Shown: piece after piece, positions 39,268-52,099 of the stretch
Layout: each line of letters opens with the position of its first letter
Numbering within the stretch: the stretch's first letter is position 1
Source: Schmidtea nova
Taxonomy: Eukaryota
Assembly: GCA_044892505.1 (NCBI GenBank)
Contig: CM097884.1
Span: 60,140,001 to 60,204,000, forward strand
Length of the DNA: 64,000 nucleotides
Direction of reading: 5' to 3'
Translations under genes and position numbers: made by a program
The notes under the pieces: generated by a model
Database searches by the model: none
The model's input: the letters and a program-made list of their open reading frames with translations, nothing else
What the model was told of the DNA's origin: nothing

Positions 39268-39864
39268 CTGTTTCTCGCTATTTATGTTCAATTTTTACAA
39301 TCACGTTTTATTTAATACCCCTTTTACGGTTTTATTTCACAAAATTCTATCAATTCCTCAGGTTCTAAAAAGATACTTGAATGTCGAAGAAATTTTGTTG
39401 TGAAATTATTTAAGGAAAATGAAAATCTTTTCCCAGCAGGTAATAATTATAAATAATATTTATAAATAAATATTTTTAATTAAAATTTTTAATTTAATTA
39501 AAATTTTAATTAATTATAAATATTATAGCTATCTAAATCTAATGATTATTCTTTTACTTGGCATTGTGACATTACCAAGGAGTGAATAAAATTCAGAAGC
39601 AATGAGTATCAATTATGAGTATCAAACATTTAGCTTATGTGAAAAGTCATCAATAATGCAAAATTATAATATTATATAAATTAATATAACCTAATTTTTC
39701 TAAAATACTCATATTTGATGAAAATGCCTATATGATGCATTTAAAATCATTTTTTCTTTTATTGTTCTGATTCGTATTCAACCACTCCTAATAACAATAT
39801 TAATATTTGTCATAATGAGTCCCTTCGAAATTTTTTTTACTTCAATCAATCGTTGAACCATATT

Positions 39865-39937
<73 letters not shown>

Positions 39938-42841
39938 CACTTGATAAAGGCTGTGCCGAAATATTGTGTTATTGTTTATAAAAAAAAAATTTTTGATCTA
40001 TAGTCATTATGAGAATTATTGATAATAATAATAAAAAAAGATAATTATGATTATATATATATATATATGTAATGAGTGCTTACTTGTTATTACTTGTTAT
40101 CCCCCCTTTTTATAATTAACTGATGGATAGCAATTATGCCTTTAAATTATAATAAAAATTTGAAAAATTAATTTCAAATGATAAATAAATCAATTCCTAT
40201 AGTAATAATCAGAATTACTATAGGAATTAGACAATACGAATTAAAAAGAAAATTGATCACAAAATACAACTATCATAAAAATTTTTAAATTGCAAATTTT
40301 CAAAAACTATCAAGTCATCAAAGCAGAAGAATAAATTAAAGGAAGGATAAAAGAAAATTAATCTAAAGAAAAAAGTCTAAAAGAAACTTCAATATCTTAA
40401 GAGCTCCGGAAGGTCCAAGGTCGAAAAACAGAAATTAGCAATAAATCAAATAATCAAAAATTAGCAAATTATCAAAAATTAACAAGTTATCTAAACAGAA
40501 GAATTAAATTAAAGGAAGGTTAAAAGAAAATTAATTTAAAGAATAAAAGTCTATAAGAAAGTTAATATCATGAGATCTCCGGAAGGTCCAAGGTCGATCC
40601 ATCTATAAATTGAGATAATAATAAAGTAATATTTTCGTGGATTTTTTCGGTTTATTTTTTAATAAAAATTGTTAAATTAATCGTGTTATTAAATTGTTAT
40701 TCTGTCATTGTAAATTTTACCTTACACAGCAAACACCCCGAGTGTCTGCAAACGAATACCGTAAGACTCTCTCGGGCGCTTACATTTCTCTTTCTCACAC
40801 AATACAAACAGCAATAAANNNNNNNNNNNNNNNNNNNNNNNNNNNNNNNNNNNNNNNNNNNNNNNNNNNNNNNNNNNNNNNNNNNNNNNNNNNNNNNNNN
40901 NNNNNNNNNNNNNNNNNNNNNNNNNNNNNNNNNNNNNNNNNNNNNNNNNNNNNNNNNNNNTTCAACAAACAAATTAACAGCACAAAAGCACTAGCTCACA
41001 TTTAACAGTTACTATAAATCATGATTATTTATATTCTAAAAATATATTTCAAAAAGATGACTTTCAAATTTAGACTTTTTTCGATTTGTAAGGATGTACA
41101 GGTTCAATCAATGATATAGATCGATATACAACATTAAAATGCTTGTTCTATCTCTGCCAAATTCGTCCCCCGTACGCTGGTGAACATAAAGTAACTAAAC
41201 AATTATTTTTGAAATTTAATATGAAATTTTATACGTAAAAACCTATTAAAATGATAAATTTAAAGCAAAATTGCAGATCAAACATTCTACATAGATTAGA
41301 CTAGAATTTTATTGGTAAGAAAGACATACAACTGAAAATGATAAAGCTAAAATAATTGCAGATTAAACATCCTATATAATAGTTTTAGTTCATAACCACA
41401 AAGGAACACCAAGAAGGATATTGTGCCAAGCAGAGATAATATTAACAGTGGATTAGATTAGAATTTTATAAGCATGAAAGACATTATTATTATTAATTAA
41501 TAATTAATTCAAAAACACGAAAATTTAAGAATATTAAAGATATTATTATTATTTTTATGTAGTACACTTATAGTGTAATAGAAAAACTCCCAAATAGGAT
41601 CACACACAATTTCATCATTTGACCCTGCTCTTTCGACTTGCTCGTCAGTAGCGGATCGACGAGAACGCAATCAGGTTTTTACGCATAAATTTGATTCCGA
41701 AATTCCAAGGGTGGGTAGGCAGAAAATTGAATGGGTAAAGACAATAAATAGTAATATGTAGTCGTCTAATATTACTGACTGTGTTGGGTAGACTCTTCTT
41801 GCATGTTAGCTTAAAGAGTAAGTCGGTAGGATGGGATATTGCTCACCACAGAAGAGATATTCTAGATAGTCAACCAGGTAAGTATTAAAACCATTTAAAA
41901 AATCACCAAATATCAGGAAATATTTAATAAAGGTACGAGTTGATTGCCTTCGCAATGATTCCCGTAAATGAAGCTAATTGATGGGAAACCTGCGATGCCA
42001 ACGTGCGGGATTTGGGATCGGAACATGCCACAAATAACCCGAGCAGTGCATTAGCAACACGTAGAAAGAAACATTTATTCTCAGCAAATCGCTTACAATA
42101 TTGCATGCAAATCTTACCAATAAAATATTTCCACTTTTTATGGAAATTTTAGGCTAGTTATACAATTAAACCAGTTTTTCACAGGTTTTATTAAAGTTTT
42201 ACTTTGGAATCGTATTTAATTTGTAAATTCTTGCATTTCTTGCAAGTAGGTTGGTGATAATTCTATCTGCGTTTCCACATTTCCCATCATTCCCTATCGA
42301 TTTGTAGGGATGCACAAGTTCAATCGGTGATACAGATCGATACGCAACATTAAAATGATTGTTCTAATTTGTTCACCGTTTAAATGTTCGCAATGGTCAA
42401 ATTATTAGGAAACAAAGATATTTATCGTTTCGTGTCCAAATTTATTTTATAAATTGTAAAAATTATAAATAAAACGTTTCTAATAACATTTTAAAAGGAA
42501 AGTCAGCTGGGCGATGAATTAGGATTTGAAACATCAATAATCAATTAATTTAATGCTGTTCAAGGTAGTTGGACGCGTTCCGTCAATACAAATCCACCGT
42601 GTTGCGTAATTATACGCCGAATGATGCAATAGTCGACATACAAGTCTTTCCTCTTCCGCAGTAATTGACCCTTAGCTTGGCTTGATCATATAAGCAACGG
42701 AACAATGGGAATCAGTGGGAGAGTGATTTAATTTATACTTTATTTCATTGGCAACGTCTTATATATTAGCTATAGTTCGCTGTCAGTGTAGATACTTTTT
42801 CATTTTTTTAAACATTTTTATAAAAAACAATTAATTCTTAC

Positions 42842-43448
42842 TCAAAAACCGAGAATTAATCGGTGAAGCAAATCCCTCATATCGCACATTATAGTGCCTG
42901 TAATACGCTAGATGTAACTCCATCGGATCGCCCCATTGATAACTGCCGTTTCCGAGAGATTCATAGCGCAACAACATTCTCGTTACATCATCCAACGGAT
43001 AATGCTTTAATAAATAAGATAGATTGTCAAATTTCTTAGATGAAAATTCTCCATAACGAATGATATTATTGTTTATTCTTGGCTGTAAATCGGAAAAGTT
43101 TATTGCGGAATATCTTTGATGAGACTCATTAATAAATTCAAGAAGTTTCTTTACGGCTTCTATTGATTTTAAATCTTTGTTTTTCCCAAAAAAATATTTC
43201 TCCTTGATTGCATTCAACAATATATCGGCTATTTCATGCCCGAAGTTGATTTTCGATAGCAGAGGAAATGTGGCATATTTTGGAAGGGATTTATCTTCAT
43301 TAATTACCAACAGCCAGAGCTGAATGACATTTGTTCCTTCCTGTTTCTGTCTGGAATTTTCCAACATACAAATTCTATGGAAATATGAGTAAAGTTCTTG
43401 AGTAATAAATAGCCATTGTTTATATTCGATTTGAATTGAAGTATCCAT
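42842..43448 (-). CDS. PCIF1-like: 5' coding exon, copy B, of the PCIF1/CAPAM-like methyltransferase
   Basis: Same length, same GTAAG donor (42841-42840) and phase as copy A; 22 amino-acid differences by manual alignment; no stops or indels. Confidence 0.78.
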
Positions 43449-43919
43449 AAATTCACTATCTCAAATAAATTACTGAAATTATTTTTTGAAAAAAGTATAA
43501 TAATATAACTTTAGAAAACTTACAGTTTCACGAAGATTTTTAGAATTTAAAGTAAATTCTAGCAGTATCTTTAATTATGAAATGAAAGTTATATTTATGT
43601 ATTGCGAGCTCAGTTATTTAAAAAATTATTAGCTCATTTAAATATTGTAACCGAAAGATGATTTATTTAAATAATGAATAATTTAAATATTTTAAGATAA
43701 AAACTTTAAAAATAATGGAATCATTGATATTACAATGTTGAATTTTACTATTATTTGCATAGAAAAAAATATTTATAAATCTAAAGATATTTTAATATTA
43801 ACAATAATTTTAATTATAAGTAAGTTGACTATCAATTAATTTGTTTATTGTTAGACTAAAAGTAGATTTTATTTGAATAACGCGTATTACAGCACGTAGA
43901 GAGTGCTCACGAAGTAAAC

Positions 43920-46900
43920 TGTGATAATTAATTTATTTTAGATAATCAATTTAAGAAAAGAAAAAAGATTTGTTTATATCGAGTGATTTTCAAGGAGAAA
44001 CAGAATTTGAAAAAGAATCTTGTAGTAAAAAATAAACGTTGAATCGAGTTTTATTTCAAATATTTTGTCACAAGCTATCACGGCTATAATGGAGATGCAA
44101 AAATTTATCAAGCTCTAGGATGGAGTAGGTGAGTTTTCGACTTTGCCTAAGAAGTTAAAGTTAGCGGGCAAGCATAAAAAAATCGAAGATTTGGCCTTCG
44201 TTCTCCATTACTGCTTGATGGACCAGATTTTCTTGTTTATGATCACCTGACAGAGAAGGACAAAGAAAACATCGACGCAATTGAAAAATCCCTATCAGAT
44301 GCCTTTTCGATGGATGGATTCTAGGCATATGACACGTTTCGCATTCGTTTGTTGAATGGTGAGCCAGTTGAAGTTTTTCTTGCTGATCTGCAGCGATTAG
44401 CTACGCAGGCTGGAATAAATGATGGTGGGCTTCTCAAGAGAGCATTTGTAGTCGGACTTCCATCAATGGTTTCCCACCAACTCAGAGCTTCAGTAAGGAT
44501 CTTCGAAATGAACCTCTCAGAAGTTGTTAGACAAGCTCGAGCAATAATATCAGAACAAAATGGCTCCACTGGTCTAATTTCAGTGAAAGGAAGTGGTTCT
44601 GCGCCGGGTAAAGAAGTCAAACTTTGCTACGGATGTGGAAAATCGGGACATTTCACAAATAACTTCCCCTCTCAAGAGTGTTGGACCTGTGGAATCAAAG
44701 GGCATTCGTCGAGACAATGCTCTTCAAACGCACAGAGAAACCCCAGAAGAGAAACTGGAGCGCCAGCGGTTTCTCAATGATGTTAGGGATGGCGCGAGTA
44801 CTTGTCAGACTCAGAGTGAATGGAAAATCGTGCAAGCTAGAGTTGTTGTTGCAGTAGATGGTAGAAGAGTCCATTCTAATGGAGAGAATCAGTGTCATTT
44901 ATCTGTTCGAGGATCAAGTTTTTTGTTAAATTGCTTAATAATGACGAATCTTGTAACCGGAGTGGATTTTATTTTAGGTCTCGATGCGATTGAACGCCTT
45001 GGGGGAGTCTTAATTGACAATTATGGAGTACAGTTTGGTGAATGCACTTGAGTATCCATGCTGGCTTTATTTCAAGAACAAGTGAAAATCTACGATGAGG
45101 ATTTCGCTGCAAGTTTTGACGGAGAAAAGCTGACAATATCTTGGAAATGGAAAGACAAACCTCCAATATTGAGGAACAACGTTGCCGAATACGCAATTAA
45201 GCCTGAAGTATGACAAAAATATGAAGCTGAAGTAGAGCGATGGATAATGGAAGACTGGCTAACCTCTACTGAAGAAACCGGTCGAGGAATTCTTCCTCTT
45301 CTAGCTGCAATACAAGAAAACAAAGGAAAATTTCGACCTGTTCTTGATATTTGGGAACTCAATGAATTTGTGAAGAGTCACACTGGTGATAGTGATGTTT
45401 GTGGTGAGAGCCTAAAACAATGGAGACAGATGGGAGAACAGCTATAGATGCTTGATCTAGAAAATGCTTATCTAGAGTTGCATGTAAGCAAAGATCTTTG
45501 GGAATTTCAAAGGATTCGCTACAAAAAGAAGACGAATTATCTTACAAGACTAGGATTTGGTCTTAGTTGTGCTTCAAAGATAATGTCCTTAGTATTGAGA
45601 AAGGTGCTGAGTCTTGATTTGCGAATCTTGAATGCGACAGATCACTACATCGATGACATAGCTTTGAACACGAGTTTGGTGAGTATCGATAAAGTGGTGA
45701 AACATTTGGCTCAATTTTGATTAGTGACGAAGCCAGCGGAACTGTTAGTGGATACAAATTTTCTCGGTTTAAAAATTGAACGCAGTCGTCACGGTAATCT
45801 GTTATGGTCAAGAGGAAATATAGTTGACCCAATTGACGGTAAAGTTACTCGGCGTAACTTTTTTCTATTTGTGGATAGCTTATTGGGCATTATCCGGTCG
45901 TGGGGTGGCTCAGAGTGGCTTGCAGTTTTATCAAGAGAATTGCGGATGGTACAAATTGGGATAATCTCGTTGGAGCAGAGTGCGAATCGAGATTGACTGA
46001 AGTGATGAGTCTCATTGAACTGTACGATCCAGTCAAAGGAAGCCGGAATGTAAACACCAGGGATCACTGTACTTTATGGTATGTTGCTAGCAGTTTTGCT
46101 CTGGTGTCGTATTAGTGATAAATCGCCACGTCGTGGAGGATGCAACTGGCTCAGGAAAAGTGATGATTATTCATATATAAACGTCGCTGAGCTCGATGCA
46201 GTTCTTAAAGGCGTAAACTTAGCAATCAAATGGGGCATTAAAAAATCGAGCTGATGGTGGATTCGGTGACGGTAGAAGCTGGTTGAGAACAGTTTTAAGA
46301 TTCGTGTCCATGTAATTTCAGAGACTCTGGTTAGACGTCGCTTGGGAATAATAAAAGAGATTATCGAGAATGACAGTATTCTTATTCAGGTGCAATTGGT
46401 GAAATCAGCGGAAAACCAAGCAGATATACTGACACGCTTCCAAAGGGGTGGTTGAAGTCTAGAGCGTCCTTTGACTGCGTGGGCTTATCCTCAGAAGAAG
46501 TAAGGAACCGTCATGACAAACACCATTTTGGTCTGGAAAAATATATTTATTTCATTCAGTTAGAAACCCACACACCCTACGAGACGTCATAAAAATGTGG
46601 TAAGAAATTGTATTGAATGCAAATCTATCGATCTGTCGCCAATTAAGTGGGGAAATGGATCATTAGAAGTCAATAAAAATTGGAAAAACTAGCTGTAGAT
46701 GTAACGCACTACGAGGGATCCATTTTCTTGACTATCGTTGATTGTGAGCCTAGTATATTTGCCATTTGGAGAAGGATACCAAATGAAGATGCTCAAAATA
46801 TTGTGAAAAATCTCGAAGAAGTGTTTCGAGAGAGAGGTCCACCTCGTTAGCTACTCATGGAGAATGGGCCTAGTTTTCATTCTAAATCTTTACAAGATTT

Positions 46901-47618
46901 ATGTTGTAAATGCGATGTAAAGCCGACATACAGATGTGCCTACCGTCCATCTGGGAATGGGATCGTGGAGAGAAACCACCGGACCCACGCAGCCAGGACT
47001 CGTTTAGACCCACCGGATATTGTTTATTGGTATAACATGGCACCCAAAGACGCGAAGAATCAAAGTAAAACTCCATCAGAGGGGCTATTTAAGTACCGAT
47101 GGAAATTTCACAAAGGTGTCGAGGAGGAGCGCGTAGTATCTAGTAAATTTAAAACTGGTCTTGAATCTTGTTATAAAGCCAATTCCAACCAAATGCACTG
47201 ATCAGTGGTCCAGTGGAATCATCACTGGCATTAATTCAACTACCAACGTAGAGGTTGATGGAGTACCGCGTCATGTTGCAGACATCCCAGTGTTGCCAAA
47301 TCAACCTATCGAATCCAGCGATGTCGAATGCGAATTTGAAGACAAGCAGGTTGACATCAGAAATCCAGAAGAGAGTGAGGAAGACACGCGCTTGGCTCGC
47401 AATCGAAGGAAGCTTTCCTATCTTGATCAGTACGAGTTGGATTCGTCGTACTGATCACGGGGGAATGTGATAATTAATTTATTTTAGATAATCAAATTAA
47501 GAAAAGAAAAAAGATTTGTTTATATCGAGTAATTTTCAAGGAGAAACAGAATTTGAAAAAGAATCTTGTAGTAAAAAATAAACGTTGAATCGAGTTTTAT
47601 TTCAAATATTTTATCACA
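43920..47618 (+). mobile_element. Gypsy LTR retrotransposon, full length, internally decayed
   Basis: 153-bp TG...CA LTRs (43920-44072, 47466-47618; 3 mismatches), TSD TAAAC (43915-43919, 47619-47623), GGGGGAA purine tract. Gag knuckles CYGCGKSGH/CWTCGIKGH, RT LDLENAY...HYIDD, integrase ENGPSF...GNGIVERNHRT; many stops and frameshifts. Confidence 0.93.
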
Positions 47619-48697
47619 TAAACTTAAGATAGGATAAAGAGAAACGCCGAAGAAAACAAAGTAACAACAAAATACAAATAATTGATTAAAACACGTTTAA
47701 GAATTAAACTGAATAAAAGCGCATCAAATAAACACGTGAAAAACACATATATAAAATAAAAACATCAGTTATAAAATAAATAAACAGATTAGGAAAATTA
47801 ACATATTGGTGGGTTTTTGACTGTCAATATGACATTGACGTTATTATGGCTCTTATCAACAACTCAACATACAACGTATTAAATTAATTATCTTGTTGCC
47901 CGTCACAATGTAACGTGGGCAATGCAACAAACGGTGGGTATTCGCAATTAGTGAGCGTCGAAAATTCGAAACTATGATTGACCGAATATCTACTGGGTCC
48001 AAGGGCTACCGATAGAATGTTTAATGCCCATTTTTGTCCCTTATTCAACAATTTAACTACGGATACTCCTCTAAGTCAGTGAAACAAAATAATTTTATCA
48101 ATAAAAATTTATAAATTTATTCCAATTACTCATAGTTAAAATAAAATATAGACAGTTCAAAGCATCATTAGAAAGTTATGTCCAAATACACGTATTTAAG
48201 CCGTGAGCAAAAATAAAATCAACTCAAACATTTCAATGAGTTCCAGCAAGCGTTCCAGGTTTGATTATTCGATCTTAAATTCAATTCAGGTATTGATCAA
48301 ATTCACCCACAAAGCTTACAAGTAGATTCTTCGATTTTCTGATCAAAATTTAAATCTGAATAAATTCAATTATTTCAATCAGCTGCTATACCTTATATTG
48401 TCAAAAGTCACACGCATTTTTAGTTGATTCACAAGCTCATTTTCAAAAGTACCATCACAACCCAATTCAGGGATCAAATATTCCGGTAAAAATGCATATA
48501 TTCGTGGGTATTTGATTTCTGTTGATTTTGACTAAACTAATATTATTTTCCTGATTCTTTAAATTTCTTTATTTTTGTGTTAGTAAATTTAACTAAACTC
48601 TATTTACCCTCAGTGATGTTCAATAATTAACTTTTTTATTTATTATCAAGTTGGCACGTTTATAAAAATATATATTTTAATTTGATAAATTGTTAGT

Positions 48698-49100
48698 ATG
48701 CCTTATGAAGAGATTGTAACTGGCGACCACGATGAAAATATCGAGCCGATTCACGTGGTGACAAGAAATCAGCATAGAAAAATCATTATGGAATCTTTGC
48801 CTAAACAGGCAAAAGACATTTTAAATTTTTATTTCAGAAGATTCGACGGCCGAAGCACGATAGAAGCAGAGAAATGGCTCAAGGATATTGAAGATTAGAT
48901 GCTACTATATGATCTAAATTTAGTAAGAATTTTTGATTTATTATTGTCTTAAGAGGCATCTATTCTCTGGAAAGAATTTAAGGACATCGCCACAACGAAT
49001 GAAAAAGCTCGTGAATGGTTTAATGAAACATTCATCAAAAAGAAGTCCATTATGAATAAGATTTATGACTTATCAACAATAAAACAAAATAACGATGTTG
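48698..49100 (+). pseudogene. Retrotransposon Gag N-terminal remnant
   Basis: RRFDGRSTIEAEKWLKDIED* continuing in frame through further stops; FDG...AE.WL..IE is typical of Gypsy Gag. Confidence 0.5.
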
Positions 49101-50820
49101 AGGTTCCCAGAATCTCAACTTGGTATTTTATAAAAATAAATAAGATAACACTGGTTCAAAGAATTTTATTCAAATACAACAAATACAAATTTCCAAAAAA
49201 ATTATTACAGATTCACAATATTGTTCCTTTAATGTGTAAATATATATGTATGCGTGTGTATATGTGAATGCCTTCTGAGCTCCATATCTTGTATGCTCGA
49301 AATTATTATTTCAATAGTCGATAACAACTATGAAATTCTTCTTACGCAAAGATTTTGTGGGTGATTTAACTGAAAAATCAGTCAGTTTATATACTAAATT
49401 TTAAGGCACTTAATCTGTCAATAATGATATTTTGCCTCATGAGTTGATTGAAATTATTTTTAAAATAGTTGTTTTCAAAATTATTTTTTAACCTTGTGAT
49501 ATTATTTCATTTTTCTGATCTTTGTAGGTCGTAAATATAATTTATTTAAACAAACAGTAATTTATTTATTTTTAATTTATTCAAACAATCTGTATTATTT
49601 ATTTTATTATTATTATAATTTATTGAATTAAAATATAAATGAAAATATAATCGATTTTCCAAATATCTAAAAAAATTATTTTTACATAAAATATTTTCAA
49701 AATATTTTCATCACCATAAAAAATGTCAATAAAAGTTTGCAAGATCACAAATTATAAATTGTCAAAAGATAAAATAGATTGTTATATACATCACAAAACT
49801 GAATGAATTTATCACACAAATAGGATTTTCAAAAGATAAAATAGATTGAATAAAGAAAAGATATAATAAATTTTTCACATAATAAAATTGTCAAGAGATA
49901 GAATAGATTGTTATTTGAATCACGAGGCTGAATGAGTTTGTGCCAAATTAGGATTGTCTAAAGATAAAATAGATTATTGTCTGAATTCCATCTTTTCATC
50001 GGGAGTGATCTTGTTACATGAAGTGTCTATGTGTATGTTTAGCCTATATCTATTTGTTCCTATGCTAAAGTCTTCATCTAACTCAAATGTTTCTACTATT
50101 TCCCCTGTCTCTAATACAATGATTTATCGTTCTGGGCTGGAATTGGAATACCCGATCGATTGGAATGGTATGAAGCACAAGATTACTTTTGCCCAACGTG
50201 TATTATGAATGATACTATTGCAATTTTCTGTCACTGATGTTGATAAACTTCAAGTGTTGTAGAAATATTTCCCGAAATTGACATTAATTAAATATAATTT
50301 TAAAGAAATTGAAGATTTTCCAGATAATATGTCATGTCCATAAATGGATCATAGTATGTGTGTCTATAAAGGATGTTTGAGTGCAGTTTTTGATTATTTA
50401 AAACAATAAATGTATTGTTATTTTATTAATTTTATTTATGTGTATTAAAGTTTATATTATTTTACAATTATTATTATAAATATTAAGCAAAATTATTTAT
50501 ATTTTATAAATATTTTTAAATTATTATTTTATAAATTATTCGTCACATGTATTTGATAAAGCATGATCACATCAACAAATCCTCTGTCGGTAAAGCCTCG
50601 ACATAACGACACGTGAGGCCGTGAGTTACATAACAAATATCGTGACATAAACAATCATCCAAAATGTGTGCATTTATTTTCTTATCCTATCTCGATTTTG
50701 TTTGGATGGCTAATAAAACTTGAAATTATCTGCTTTATATAGTCTATACTTATATTATTTTGTCAATTTTAATCTCAAAGTCTATCTTACATTTTTAACT
50801 TTTTAAAAATCTATTTCAAT

Positions 50821-51990
50821 ATGAATAACATAATGAATCAACGACGAGTCGCCGAAAAATCCTACGGAGTTGGAATCAATGGTAAATTTATTATTATTTT
50901 TATTTATTATTTTATTAGAAGTTAATATAGCGAGCTATATCGCGAATAATAGCGGAGCTGTCAACGGAACTGTAGTCAATGGTATAGAAATTTATACTAA
51001 TAATATAACCGAATATTTTATGAATAATGCCAATATTGGACAAAATTATGGTCAGATTGGTGCTCTAAATATTGTTGGTCCGAGTTTTTATGCCACGAAT
51101 GCAGCTGGCCCGAGATTTTATGCACCGAACTTTAATGTTGTCGGTAATATGGATGGTTTGAAAAAATGTAAGTATTTTTTTATTTTATATTTTATTTAAT
51201 ATACTATAAGAAAATATTTTATAATTTTTTATAATAATAATATTTTCGACATTTATAAATTTTTTTGAATTTTATGAACAATAATTTTAAGGTAATAATA
51301 TTTTTTAAAAATTTATTTATGAACATGAATTTTAAAAAAATGAAATGATTTTTTAAAAAATTTATTTATGAATAAGAAACGATTTTACTTTTTAACAATT
51401 TATGAACGATAATTTTATGATAATGATAATATGTTATTTTTAATAATTTACGATGACAATTTTTTTAAATAACGAAAAATATAGATTAATTTGACTTTAT
51501 AATGAAAATATATTATCTAATGAAAAGTTATGTTGAAAATTTATAATAATATTTTATTGTTAACTTTTAACATAATACGTAATAGTTTTTAAAATCATTA
51601 CGTAATATGTTTAAGGTAAATAGAATAATTTTATACATATATTTAATAATTTATTGTTATTATATAGGCAATTTATAACCACACTATTGCAACAGTACTT
51701 CCAATAATGATTGTCACGTCATTATGGAAAAGTATTACTCTTATAGGTATAACTGTATCACCAACCTTTGATGCCTTAAATGTAATATTATATACAGCAT
51801 CCCATATACAGAATTTTATGAAAAACATCATATTCATTGGAGTCAATATATGACATCTAAGAAATCAATTTTTAATACAGTATATATAACACATAACATT
51901 AACATGCAAGTTGATAATCAAATGATAATAAATCAACAATTACATGAGAAAAATACAAACTATCAACAATAACAACAATGAACCAATACT
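50821..51990 (+). pseudogene. Three-exon spliced gene model, Asn/Gly-rich, unknown function; third exon disrupted
   Basis: Exon 50821-50881, intron GTAAAT...TTAG 50882-50918, exon 50919-51167 (phase-compatible, open), donor GTAAGT 51168, acceptor ...TATAG 51667. The downstream frame is Cys/His-rich but has TAA and TGA stops. Confidence 0.45.
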
Positions 51991-52099
51991 TAATAACAAT
52001 CAAATAAATGAATTAATAATTATAAATGAACAATTAAATAACCAAAATATTTTAATTAACAATATAAATAATCATAAAAATTAAAAATAATTATTATTA

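Noticed and set aside
39229-40070. (TA)n and (TG)n microsatellites and ATT-rich tracts
   Set aside because: Ordinary low-complexity sequence for an AT-rich genome.
49750-50360. ~65-bp degenerate tandem repeats and an adjacent antisense pol-like fragment
   Set aside because: Short and decayed; likely ordinary TE debris with no diagnostic motif.
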